From: a virus
Lineage: Duplodnaviria; Caudoviricetes
Length of the DNA: 41,169 bases
Virus record (IMG/VR): IMGVR_UViG_3300037484_000062
Coordinates: 1-41,169 of that record
Strand: one strand, 5' to 3'
The notes below the pieces were generated by a model, which had not been told where the DNA came from, did no database searches, and saw nothing but the letters and a program-made list of their open reading frames with translations. This document shows, piece after piece, positions 1 through 8,354 of this stretch (positions are counted from its first letter, which is position 1; every line of letters begins with the position of its first letter). The translations under genes were made by a program, and so were the position numbers.

Positions 1-240
1 TCGAGCAGGTAGACGTACACGGTGCCAGTGCTGAATGCGCTCAGCGTCCCGCCCACTGTGAACGTGATCGAGTGGTAGGTCATCAGGACGTAGACGGACG
101 CAAGATTAGTTTGCGTTGAGACCGTTGACCCAACGAACTTGTACCGCCGCGCAGTTTCGATGTCGAAGCGGGTGGTGTCTGGATCACCAGCCCAACGCTT
201 GAAGAACCGACTGGCATCTGATTGAAGGAGGTAGATCCCG
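1..240. repeat. Terminal direct repeat, left copy (circular assembly overlap)
   Basis: 1-240 matches 40930-41169 except T125 vs C41054; it lies inside a coding sequence. Confidence 0.95.
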
Positions 241-1745
241 ATCTCGCTGTCTCCAGTACCGAAACCAAGAAACATCGGCTCCCACTTCACCCCACCCTCG
301 GCAGCCAAACGCTCAACCAGTATTGCCGGTGGCGTTTGAATTGCAGTAGCAACGATGGGGATAAATGTCGTTGACTGACCGATGGAGGAGATGAAGAAGG
401 CTGTCTCTGGAATAGTGACTGCGGTAGCAGCAGTCACGAATTGCTGTGCAAGAGCGGCGGTCCCAGTTGTGATTATGGGCCAGATCACAGTCCGGTTGTG
501 GCTACCAACACCTCCGGCCGCCTTCCCACTGGTGTAGTTGACAAGCACGTACCCGCAGAGTTGCGCCCCAAGATCGACCGTGTCTGTGCGGTAGATGTCC
601 GCCGTGAGAGTGTTCTTGCCCCTCGCAAGCGTGAAAGCTGCGTCGTTTCGGACCATACAGGCATTTGAGCCCGCATTTACAATCCCAATATTTGTGTACG
701 CGACAAACGATCCCGTCCCAAGACGGCAGTACAAATCGGCAATGGTCCCCACCTGCGTCCAGAAGAAGTAAGCGGCCATTGACTTCGTTGTGATGGTGGT
801 CGGTTCCTCAATCCATAACGTCGCGGAAGCTCTCTGGTAGTCGGACGCGGTTTCTCCACCCATGACGCCGAGGAGATCGAATGGCAACATGACCGAGTTG
901 TAGATTGTGGTGCTGGTGCTTGCGTTGAACTCGTAGGTTACGACCAACCACGCCTGGAAATGGTTGAAGTTCACCGCCGAACCCCAGATATAGAAGCCGT
1001 GGGTCGCGTTCGTGGTGAACGTCACGGTGTCATTCACTCGGATAAACATGTTGCAGGACGAACCATGCTCGTAAGCGTAGCTGGCAAACGCGGTGTCAGT
1101 GTCGACCTGCATGTTGAGCACCAGATCGGTCGTGGACCCGGCGTCGTTCCCCTGCGCCACGATGACCTGCTGCCTGTACACCTTGCTTGCCTCTGGCAGT
1201 TCTGTGTCAAGTGCCGGGATGGTGTCGTTCGCCGTACCCGGCTTGGAAGTACCCATCGCTCCAACTGGGCAGTTGAGCGGGATACGCACGGTCTTGATCT
1301 GGGTGGTGCTGGTGTCGTCATATTCGTAGGTGATGATGAGCCGCGTCGAGAGGTTGACATGCGACGGATCGAGTGGGGTAGCTGTATCCAGGTCGCCCAA
1401 GAACCGCACATCGCACGTCATTGACGTTCCAGTCCAGTTCGTTGTGAAGTACGCAGTGAAGTCTCCGGTCGCAATCAGCGTCTGCTGCTCACCACCATTG
1501 GTGATCGTGTTGGTGTTGTCGACCGTCGAGTACCCTACGGCTCCGAGTTGGAGGGACAACTGCCGGCGCGTGTAGTTCCCGAGCGTCGTGTTCCGGTCGT
1601 GGAACACTGTCTCGAGGATCACGCTCTTGAAGACGATGGATGACTCCGGCAGGTAGACCGTGATCTGCGGCTGGTTCGTGTCGGTGGCGTCGGTGCAGTC
1701 CGCCGTCTCTGCCCAAAATTCGACCGTTTTCATCGAAGTTGGCAT
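1..1745 (-). CDS. Large Thr-rich beta-type virion protein (about 632 aa), 5' part; continues across the circular junction to 40776
   Basis: Manual translation from ATG 1745 (MPTSMKTVEFWAET...) is open to the window edge and joins in frame ...YVLMTYHSITFTVGG...YLLDRTTKEV...ADGSAS*; the ORF track misses it. Confidence 0.85.
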   Translation of the reverse strand, partial: MPTSMKTVEFWAETADCTDATDTNQPQITVYLPESSIVFKSVILETVFHDRNTTLGNYTRRQLSLQLGAVGYSTVDNTNTITNGGEQQTLIATGDFTAYFTTNWTGTSMTCDVRFLGDLDTATPLDPSHVNLSTRLIITYEYDDTSTTQIKTVRIPLNCPVGAMGTSKPGTANDTIPALDTELPEASKVYRQQVIVAQGNDAGSTTDLVLNMQVDTDTAFASYAYEHGSSCNMFIRVNDTVTFTTNATHGFYIWGSAVNFNHFQAWLVVTYEFNASTSTTIYNSVMLPFDLLGVMGGETASDYQRASATLWIEEPTTITTKSMAAYFFWTQVGTIADLYCRLGTGSFVAYTNIGIVNAGSNACMVRNDAAFTLARGKNTLTADIYRTDTVDLGAQLCGYVLVNYTSGKAAGGVGSHNRTVIWPIITTGTAALAQQFVTAATAVTIPETAFFISSIGQSTTFIPIVATAIQTPPAILVERLAAEGGVKWEPMFLGFGTGDSEIGIYLLQSDASRFFKRWAGDPDTTRFDIETARRYKFVGSTVSTQTNLASVYVLMTYHSITFTVGGTLSAFSTGTVYVYLL

Positions 1746-1951
1746 CACTCTCTCCCTTCGAGCTTCATCAGGCGCTTGTCGAGCCCGTCGAATCGCGCCC
1801 GAATCTCCGCTCTGGTCGTGGCGACCTGCCGAGTGAACGGCTCGCGGTTCTCCGCGTAGGCTCTGGTCGCGATCTCAGTGGAGCGGATGACTTCCTTCAT
1901 CAGGGCCTCAAGGGCGATCAGGCGCTTCTCGAGGGAGGCTGTGGTTGCCAT
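1745..1951 (-). CDS. Hypothetical coiled-coil protein (68 aa)
   Basis: ORF in the late operon; TGATG coupling to the next gene. Confidence 0.7.
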   Translation of the reverse strand: MATTASLEKRLIALEALMKEVIRSTEIATRAYAENREPFTRQVATTRAEIRARFDGLDKRLMKLEGRE

Positions 1952-1967
1952 GATTCGACACCCCCAC

Positions 1968-2372
1968 CTAGTCCTGCGTGATCGACAGGGCTGCCGTGGC
2001 GAAACTTGAGGTTTCCCCTACTGCGACAACCCTCGGAGTCGTCAGCGCCTTGAAGGCGTAGAGAGTCCCCGCCGTCTCAGCTGAGAAAATCCCAAAGCCC
2101 ACGGCCTCGGCCCAGTCAGCTCCACTGGCCGGCCCGAAGGTGACGACCGCGTCCGGGTTGAGCGTTCGATCCGTCCGCACGAAGGTCACGGCCTGCCGAG
2201 CATAGCCACCAGCCCCAGTCAACTCAGTCCCACCCGTTCCGGCATTGGCGGTAGGGAGCACCGAGAAAAGCCCAAGCCACCAAGCAGTCGGTCTGGTCGG
2301 CGCAGCGCCAGCGGTGAAGTACCAATCCAGAAGGTTCTGTTCCGTCCCGGTCGTGAAATCCTGATTCGCCAT
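1968..2372 (-). CDS. Small virion structural protein (fibre/tail-associated, 134 aa)
   Basis: Motif ...LGLFSVLP...GGTELTGAGGYARQAV..., of a kind common in phage structural modules; GAAGGAG RBS. Confidence 0.65.
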   Translation of the reverse strand: MANQDFTTGTEQNLLDWYFTAGAAPTRPTAWWLGLFSVLPTANAGTGGTELTGAGGYARQAVTFVRTDRTLNPDAVVTFGPASGADWAEAVGFGIFSAETAGTLYAFKALTTPRVVAVGETSSFATAALSITQD

Positions 2373-2403
2373 TTTCTACTCCTTCATGCGCCTGGTGATG
2401 CTG

Positions 2404-2724
2404 TTAGAACGCTCTCCAGATCGGGTAGATGGTGCGGTCAGCAGCCTCACCGGAGCCCGTCCCAATCTTCAGGTAGTTCACGCCTGAGAACCAGAGGGGG
2501 TCGAGCATGGTGACCACCCCAGAGGTGACGGTGATCGACAACGCGGCTCCGTCCCACCAGACGGGGTAGAAGTTCACCCCATCCTGTGACCCCAGAAAGG
2601 TGACGGCGGTACTCGTCATGGTTGGGATGATCAGCCCGCAGAGATCCATGAAACGCTTGTCCACGGCCTCCGACAGGTTGTCGTCCGCGCTGATGTCGAT
2701 GAAGAAGTACAGGTCTGTTGCCAT
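2404..2724 (-). CDS. Hypothetical, probable small beta-sandwich virion protein (106 aa)
   Basis: GGAGG RBS; beta-rich; directly after TerL. Confidence 0.65.
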   Translation of the reverse strand: MATDLYFFIDISADDNLSEAVDKRFMDLCGLIIPTMTSTAVTFLGSQDGVNFYPVWWDGAALSITVTSGVVTMLDPLWFSGVNYLKIGTGSGEAADRTIYPIWRAF

Positions 2725-2743
2725 CGTCGTCCTCCGATTATGA

Positions 2744-4138
2744 TTATATGCCCTTCCACTGCATCTGCTCAGAGGAACGACGATCTTTCACGATGCCGTC
2801 GTTTCGCTCCAGCGCCTGCCCGAACGTCTCGTCGATGTTCCACACCGTGGGCTCCGGCACGCGGACCCGCCCACGTGGCACCGTCATGCACGCATACCGG
2901 AAGGCGTCCGCCGGGTGTGATGTCCAGTCGTGCACCGGCTTCGCACTCCACAGTCGGTTGTGCGTGTCCCATTCCTTCCGGTAGTGCCGCAGCGCCTTCA
3001 CGCCGTCCGCACACTTCGTCTTGTCAAATCGGCTCCTCGGGATCACCAGCCGCGCCGCCTGCACCCCTTCGTCGACGCTCAACCTCGGCACGATGCGGAA
3101 GAACACCCCGAGGTCAGCAGCCGTCTGCCAGCGGCTCGTGCCCGTCCCAAGCTCCCGCACCTTGATGTCGTGCGGCGCCCAGTGCTCCTTGTACACGTAG
3201 GGCTTGGTCTGGAGCACCTTCACGTAGTGATCCAGACCCTCCCCGCTGCTCGCGTAGAAGTCGATCCAGTGCACGTAGCTGTCCACCACCTGGTAGAACC
3301 ATATCGCCGTCGCGTCCCGCATCCCGAGGTCCCACGACGTGTGCACCGGGTACTCCCGCCGCCAGAGAACGTCGCCAATGCGACCTTCTCTCTCCGCCTC
3401 GTCCAGCTCCCGCCCCCAGTACGCCCCTGTGAGGGGCGCACTGAAATCGCAGTAATACTCCTGCCGGATCAGCTCGTCCGGCATCCCGCTCCGCCGATCC
3501 TCAGCGATCAGAGCTTCCGTCACCACCGGGGTGCCGTCAGCACGCCGCGTGTCGTCCACCGTGAGAGTCTCACTGAACCACGTCTCGCTCTCCCGCGCCT
3601 GCGCCATCACGTCGTAGAAGTGGTTGTAGCCTCGCGGCGTGCTGATGAACGCCGCCGTGCCGTCGTTCTCGTTCAAGATCGGCCGGATGTAGTCCCAGCA
3701 CTGCGGGTCCGCCAGCGCATACTCCGAGAAGATCACCAGCGCCGGGTTCGCCCCCATCAGCTTGTCCGGCTGGTCCGATCCCACGCACTGGTAGATGCTC
3801 CCCCCGTGCTCCTTCTTGAACTGCAGCAGCATCTGATCGTCCCGCCGCTTCTCGATCAACTCCGGGTGGAAATAGTCCAGGAAGCCGTGTCCCTCACTCG
3901 TCATGCCGTTCCACACCACCCGCCGCGCCTGGTTGAACTGCGGCAAGAGGTGCCACACCAGACACGACCGCTCCAGCATGAAAATCTGCGCGATGTTCAG
4001 CATCAGCAGATCCTTGCCAGCCCGCCGATGCCAGCACAGCGCAGCCCGCTTCTTCCCATCCTTCAGCAGCGCGTCCCAGCACGGCCGCTGATACCCGCGC
4101 GGCTTGAACCCCAGGTGCGGGATCACCAGGTCAGCCAT
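2744..4138 (-). CDS. terL: Terminase large subunit
   Basis: Walker A-like WHRRAGKD, Walker B VIFSEY, motif III ISTPRG, nuclease WDLG and HDWTSHPADAFRY. Confidence 0.95.
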   Translation of the reverse strand: MADLVIPHLGFKPRGYQRPCWDALLKDGKKRAALCWHRRAGKDLLMLNIAQIFMLERSCLVWHLLPQFNQARRVVWNGMTSEGHGFLDYFHPELIEKRRDDQMLLQFKKEHGGSIYQCVGSDQPDKLMGANPALVIFSEYALADPQCWDYIRPILNENDGTAAFISTPRGYNHFYDVMAQARESETWFSETLTVDDTRRADGTPVVTEALIAEDRRSGMPDELIRQEYYCDFSAPLTGAYWGRELDEAEREGRIGDVLWRREYPVHTSWDLGMRDATAIWFYQVVDSYVHWIDFYASSGEGLDHYVKVLQTKPYVYKEHWAPHDIKVRELGTGTSRWQTAADLGVFFRIVPRLSVDEGVQAARLVIPRSRFDKTKCADGVKALRHYRKEWDTHNRLWSAKPVHDWTSHPADAFRYACMTVPRGRVRVPEPTVWNIDETFGQALERNDGIVKDRRSSEQMQWKGI

Positions 4139-4586
4139 CAAAGTCCTTGTTGATCACCACGTTCACCTGCGTCTGATTGGTTGCGGCTCCGCGCTCCCCA
4201 CCTATGCGTCCATCCAAGATGATCTCCTCAGCCGCTCGAGCGTATGCCAACTGACCGGCGTATGCCAACTGACTCTCGTCCAGAGCACGCTTGTGCACCG
4301 CGTGCTGGACTTGCTCCAGCGCGCAGCCCTTCGCAAAAAGGTACTCGCCGTAGAACCGTGTGAACGCCGGATGACCAGCCGCTCCCCACCTCTTCACCTG
4401 CTGCCACTCATGCACCGTCATGCCACTCTTGAGAGCTGCAGCAGCCTCACTACCACCATCTCTCAAGCACTGCAGCCCCCACCCCAACTCGCATGGCTCA
4501 TCGCGCAAAGCCACCAGGCTGCGAAGACGGGGGGTCAACTTGTCAGTGTCAGGGGGTACAACAACCAGCGGGGCACGCTGTGCCAT
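4131..4586 (-). CDS. Putative terminase small subunit (151 aa, probably leaderless)
   Basis: Immediately upstream of and overlapping TerL; C-terminal TQVNVVINK strand is typical of TerS; ATG 4586 lies 7 nt after a -10 box. Confidence 0.6.
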   Translation of the reverse strand: MAQRAPLVVVPPDTDKLTPRLRSLVALRDEPCELGWGLQCLRDGGSEAAAALKSGMTVHEWQQVKRWGAAGHPAFTRFYGEYLFAKGCALEQVQHAVHKRALDESQLAYAGQLAYARAAEEIILDGRIGGERGAATNQTQVNVVINKDFDG

Positions 4587-4592
4587 AGGAAG

Positions 4593-4621
4593 AGGATATG
4601 TCGATGGGGTGGTGAAGTCAA
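4593..4621 (-). promoter_or_regulatory. Sigma70-type late-arm promoter TTGACT-N17-TATCCT
   Basis: -35 at 4621-4616, -10 at 4598-4593, 17-nt spacer; predicted +1 at about ATG 4586. Confidence 0.65.
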
Positions 4622-4630
4622 GCGGCGGGA

Positions 4631-4644
4631 TTGGCAAATCTAGG
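4631..4644 (-). promoter_or_regulatory. CCTAGATTTGCCAA motif, copy 1 (upstream of late -35)
   Basis: Exact reverse complement of 7241-7254. Confidence 0.55.
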
Positions 4645-4689
4645 GGAGGTAGGAGCAGAGCAGCAGGGGAGTGTAGGAATCCATCCAAG

Positions 4690-5400
4690 CCCCTTGGTGC
4701 GTTGGGCAGCGCGGGTGGGGGGCATCTGGGTCAGCGGCCGTGCTGCGGTGAGCCGGCGCGGCAGGGAGGGGGTGCCTTAGGTCGCGTCGTATCCTCGCCG
4801 CCTTGCCGCGCAGCGTGACGCGTGCTGCGTCATAGCAGCTTGAGCATAGCGCGGTGAGGGTACCAGTGTGGACGCATCCTAGAGGCTGCGGGCATTGCCG
4901 CGTCGCAGCATACCAGCATGCCGCAGTGTGTCTCAGATATTGCTGATATCTCCGAGCCTCTATCGCTCCACTTGTACCAAGGTAAGCATACTTAACTGAG
5001 AAAAGGTAGCTAGATGTAAGTAATATATAGTTATGAATATATATCGATATAATCAGAAAGAGAAATAACCCGTCTCAACCAGATATCACTTACGCCTAAT
5101 GTACCCTATGGAGTATACTGCACCCTGCAAAATAAGCAATATTGCGCAAAATGGCGAAAACCCCTTGCCACCATTGCATCGTCTCAGCGTGTCTCAATAG
5201 AGATATTGCAGACTGTGCCAGAGATGAGAAGTGCACTCAACAACCCCATTTTGCCGTATCATCTCTTGAATTGATCGCCGTTCGCATTTGTGCGCTCTCC
5301 CATCTCTCCTCGGAGATATGCCAGAAATATGGCCCCTGGTCTCAGGTAGTCTCACCGGCTCCCTCGGCGCCCATCCGAGATATCCCGAGAAATTCCGACT
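4690..5400. other. Non-coding divergent control region; candidate origin or packaging region
   Basis: No credible ORF; AT-rich core at about 4980-5150; repeated GTCTCA and AGATAT hexamers. Confidence 0.6.
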
Positions 5401-5407
5401 CAACCCC

Positions 5408-5436
5408 TTGACATGCTAACGCGGACACCTTATATT
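5408..5436 (+). promoter_or_regulatory. Early sigma70 promoter TTGACA-N17-TATATT
   Basis: Near-consensus boxes, 17-nt spacer, upstream of the first early gene. Confidence 0.8.
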
Positions 5437-5487
5437 AACGTCATGGAATCCGACTATCAACGCACTACCGGGGCTGGAGGCTATGAA

Positions 5488-5739
5488 ATGAAGCGGGACA
5501 GTGGTTATCTGGCAGTGTACGGCGCGGCGGTGAAGCAGGCGCAGCATCTCAGTGATTCCACGCTCGAGATTGAGTTGTGCGCAATGGCAAGCGTCAATGC
5601 GAGTGGCGCCAAGTATGACGCCTTCGAGGATACGATGATGGACCGTCTCGCCGCGATCCACGGGGACCATGGTATCCCCGACCACTTCATCACGTGGACG
5701 GACCCGGAGAATGTGGAGAGAGGGTATCCCCATGCGTGA
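5488..5739 (+). CDS. Hypothetical early protein (83 aa)
   Basis: GGAGG at 5476-5480, ATG 5488. Confidence 0.7.
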   Translation: MKRDSGYLAVYGAAVKQAQHLSDSTLEIELCAMASVNASGAKYDAFEDTMMDRLAAIHGDHGIPDHFITWTDPENVERGYPHA

Positions 5740-5827
5740 CCGCTGTGCTGTGTTGCTTGCCGCCTGCGCCGTGGTGGCGTTGGCCTATGGTTTCCTATTC
5801 CTGGTGTTCTCACTGACTGGAGGTTGA
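5732..5827 (+). CDS. Small membrane peptide (31 aa, MRDRCAVLLAACAVVALAYGFLFLVFSLTGG)
   Basis: Fills the gap between neighbours; one hydrophobic helix; below the ORF-track cutoff. Confidence 0.55.
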   Translation: MRDRCAVLLAACAVVALAYGFLFLVFSLTGG

Positions 5828-5829
5828 CC

Positions 5830-6132
5830 ATGATCCGATTCATTCTCGTTCACTACGTTTCAAAGATGGACGTGAACGGCAACCGATACTGGCTGACACG
5901 GTACACGAGCACGCTCACCGGCCGCAGTCTGCTGGTGAGCACGCCGCACGATAGCAATTCGCGGGCGGTGCTCGACATGCGCTGGCCGGAAATCTTTGAC
6001 GCGGCCGAAGTGACGCTTCCCATCCGTGAGTGGGATCGCATGCGGAAGCGGGCAACGATGGTCAATACGTGCATGGACGACGCGGTACGGGTCGCCGTGC
6101 TCGAGCTGGAGACGGAGCCTGAGCCTGAGTAG
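5830..6132 (+). CDS. Hypothetical early protein (100 aa)
   Basis: GGAGG RBS; D.NGNRY motif. Confidence 0.7.
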   Translation: MIRFILVHYVSKMDVNGNRYWLTRYTSTLTGRSLLVSTPHDSNSRAVLDMRWPEIFDAAEVTLPIREWDRMRKRATMVNTCMDDAVRVAVLELETEPEPE

Positions 6133-6201
6133 GCACACTCACCGCCTGCACCTGTAGCGGGCGGTACGCTGTGCCCACATCGGGCGAGGGAGGGCAGAAC
6201 G

Positions 6202-6402
6202 ATGTGCGACGTGAAGGTAGAGAATCACGGATCAGTGATAGTGTTCGAGGCGCAGACTCCCGAGGTGCGGCGGATCATGCATGACGAGCTGGAGACGGAA
6301 TCGTGGCAGTGGATGGGCCGGGACCGATTGTGTGTTGACCACGGCATGGCGGAAGGGCTCTACGATTACCTCGTTATGCACCTTGGGCTCGACGTTGAGT
6401 AA
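6202..6402 (+). CDS. Hypothetical early protein (66 aa)
   Basis: GGGAGGG RBS; VENHGS...WQWMG...VDH. Confidence 0.7.
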   Translation: MCDVKVENHGSVIVFEAQTPEVRRIMHDELETESWQWMGRDRLCVDHGMAEGLYDYLVMHLGLDVE

Positions 6403-6580
6403 GACTGCGCCTACCAGAGCCCGCATGGGTGCGGGCTCATGTCGCCCCACCCCTACAGCGGCCGGACCTGGGCGCCGGCCGCCCCGTCACCATAGCCCAC
6501 CTGCAACAGTACCGGCGGTCAGTGAATGGCCGCCGGTATCCTGCCCTATCACTAACAGTACGACCGGATGGAGGGAGGGC

Positions 6581-6922
6581 ATGATGGAATCATGTCTAGT
6601 CTGCGGAAAAGCGTTCACTGTGCGATGGACCGACACGCACGGTATTGCGGCGTGCTGTTTCTGCAACACGCCATATCGGATCTACCACTACGACGGAGTG
6701 CACCGGGTGGAGAAACCGCCGGAGTGCATGTTCGATCCTGAGTGGTTGCCATTGTGCCGGGAGTATTTCTCGGCCAAAGGGCTCCGCATCCCCAATGACT
6801 TCAACATACCGGGAAGCTCCTACGACCCCTGCACGGACGAGGACTACGACGCGGCGCACGAGTTCATCGGAGCGGCGGTGGCTGAAGGGCGAGCACCCGC
6901 TCCACGTCCGCCCAGCTCGTGA
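6581..6922 (+). CDS. Putative zinc-binding protein (CxxC...CxxC)
   Basis: GGAGGGAGGG RBS before ATG 6581; CLVC and CCFC motifs. Confidence 0.65.
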   Translation: MMESCLVCGKAFTVRWTDTHGIAACCFCNTPYRIYHYDGVHRVEKPPECMFDPEWLPLCREYFSAKGLRIPNDFNIPGSSYDPCTDEDYDAAHEFIGAAVAEGRAPAPRPPSS

Positions 6923-7154
6923 CCACGGCAGCGGTCGCGCCGGCTGCCCGCCAGCGGTCCAGCTCGGCCGCTTGCAAGGCCGTCAGGCGGCCCCCAGGAC
7001 GCTTGACTTCGAGGGCCAGGAGGTGGCCTTGGTAACAGCAGAAAACGTCAGGGAGGCCCGCCGAGTAGGGGCCGCCGTGCATCTTACGGGCGTAGCATCC
7101 AGGGAGGGCGTTCAGCTTGCGGAGGATGGTGCGAACGATGGCCGACTCGAGCAC
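6864..7154 (-). CDS. VRR-NUC (PD-(D/E)xK) nuclease / Holliday-junction resolvase-like (96 aa)
   Basis: ESAI...GLPD...LEVKRPGGRLTALQ motif; GTG start just after an extended -10 (TGT-TACACT, 7170-7162). Confidence 0.85.
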   Translation of the reverse strand: MLESAIVRTILRKLNALPGCYARKMHGGPYSAGLPDVFCCYQGHLLALEVKRPGGRLTALQAAELDRWRAAGATAAVVTSWADVERVLALQPPPLR

Positions 7155-7219
7155 AGGCAACAGTGTAACAGAGCGGACGGTCATCAACTGGATGACCAAC
7201 AACAGATTCGGTCATAGGC

Positions 7220-7248
7220 TTGACAGGCCGTTTCGAATAACCTAGATT
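7220..7248 (+). promoter_or_regulatory. Sigma70 promoter TTGACA-N17-TAGATT, -10 overlapped by the CCTAGATTTGCCAA motif
   Basis: -35 at 7220-7225, -10 at 7243-7248; precedes the cassette operon. Confidence 0.75.
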
Positions 7249-7269
7249 TGCCAACAGTAGGGAGGGTCA

Positions 7270-7521
7270 ATGACAGAACACCAGCCATGCAAGCAACACG
7301 AGAGCAAGGCGGTGCACCGCAGCGAGGGCGTGCCCTTCTGCAGAGACTGCGAGATCGACACGCTGCGCGGCCTGCTGCGCGAGGTGGTGAACTGCCCCGA
7401 GTCGGAGTATGAGCAAGAGGGTGAATACTACATCGTGGAGATTCCCGCCGCGCTCTGGAACAAGATCCTGCCGCTCCGCACGCCGCCGGTTGTGGTCGTC
7501 AACGGTGAGGTGAAGCCATGA
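7270..7521 (+). CDS. Hypothetical cassette protein (83 aa) with CxxH...CxxC, ending GEVKP
   Basis: GGGAGG RBS; ends in the junction element. Confidence 0.75.
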   Translation: MTEHQPCKQHESKAVHRSEGVPFCRDCEIDTLRGLLREVVNCPESEYEQEGEYYIVEIPAALWNKILPLRTPPVVVVNGEVKP

Positions 7522-7690
7522 GCGAGTCCATCGACAAGCTGAAAGAGGATCTGTGGTATCTGCTCAACGTAGCCAGCATGAGCGGAGATTCCGGGGCGGT
7601 GGCTGCCGCAAAGGCGATCGAGGCGGCGCTCGACGAGCTGTCCATTCTCAGGCTCCGCACCTTGGGTGAGGTGAAGCCATGAGCGAGTCC
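7504..7690 (+). repeat. 26-bp perfect direct repeat GGTGAGGTGAAGCCATGAGCGAGTCC at 7504-7529 and 7665-7690
   Basis: Read directly from the sequence; flanks a 54-aa gene. Confidence 0.9.
7518..7682 (+). CDS. Hypothetical cassette protein (54 aa, MSESIDKLKEDLWY...LGEVKP)
   Basis: ATGA overlaps at both ends; not in the ORF track. Confidence 0.75.
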   Translation: MSESIDKLKEDLWYLLNVASMSGDSGAVAAAKAIEAALDELSILRLRTLGEVKP

Positions 7691-8353
7691 GTGTTGGCGT
7701 GGCATTTTCTACCCAGAAACAAGCACCTGCAGTTTGGTGATCGTCCGGTGCTTGTGCGCCCCGGTCAAACGCTACGGCGCGATCCCGAGAAGTTGGAGAT
7801 GTGCAAGTACGGGTTGCACGCATCAGTGCGCCCGTTGGATGCACTCTCCTACGCCCCTGGTCCAATCGTCTGCCGGGTGCGCTTGGGTGGCCGGATTCTC
7901 CATGGCGATGACAAGTGCGTGGCTTCTCGCCGCACGGTGCTTTGGATGGCAGACGCCGACAAGAGACTTCGGCTGTTCGCGTGTTGGTGCGTGCGTAACA
8001 CGCTGCTACCAGACGGCCATGTGGTCTGGGATCTGCTGACGGATGAGAGATCGCGCCATGCGGTCGAGGTGGCGGAACGGTATGCGCGTGGCAGGGCCAC
8101 CCAGAGAGAGCTTGCCGCAGCCTGGGACGCAGCCGGGGCCGCAGCCGGGGCCGCAGCCGGGGCCGCAGCCAGGGCCGCAGCCAGGGCCGCAGCCGGGGCC
8201 GCAGCCAGGGCCGCAGCCTGGGCCGCAGCCAGGGACGCAGCCAGGGCCGCAGCCAGGGACGCAGCCTGGGCCGCAGCCTGGGCCGCAGCCAGGGCCGCAC
8301 AAAATAAACGGCTTGAACAGATGCTCATGGGACTCATGCACAAGGAGGGTTGA
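7679..8353 (+). CDS. Phage protein with C-terminal AA(W/R/G)(A/D) alanine repeats (224 aa)
   Basis: C..GLHAS...DAL.Y domain, RLFA.WC...D.RSR.AVEVA, tetrapeptide repeat tail. Confidence 0.8.
   Translation: MSESVLAWHFLPRNKHLQFGDRPVLVRPGQTLRRDPEKLEMCKYGLHASVRPLDALSYAPGPIVCRVRLGGRILHGDDKCVASRRTVLWMADADKRLRLFACWCVRNTLLPDGHVVWDLLTDERSRHAVEVAERYARGRATQRELAAAWDAAGAAAGAAAGAAARAAARAAAGAAARAAAWAAARDAARAAARDAAWAAAWAAARAAQNKRLEQMLMGLMHKEG
8114..8299 (+). repeat. 12-bp tandem repeat G(C/A)CGCAGCC(G/A/T)GG, about 15.5 copies
   Basis: Read directly from the sequence. Confidence 0.9.
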
Positions 8354-8354
8354 G

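Noticed and set aside
1-240. Terminal repeat as a physical DTR or as a DGR template/variable repeat pair
   Set aside because: It falls mid-gene at both contig ends and has a single mismatch, and no reverse transcriptase is encoded; an assembly overlap is the simplest explanation.
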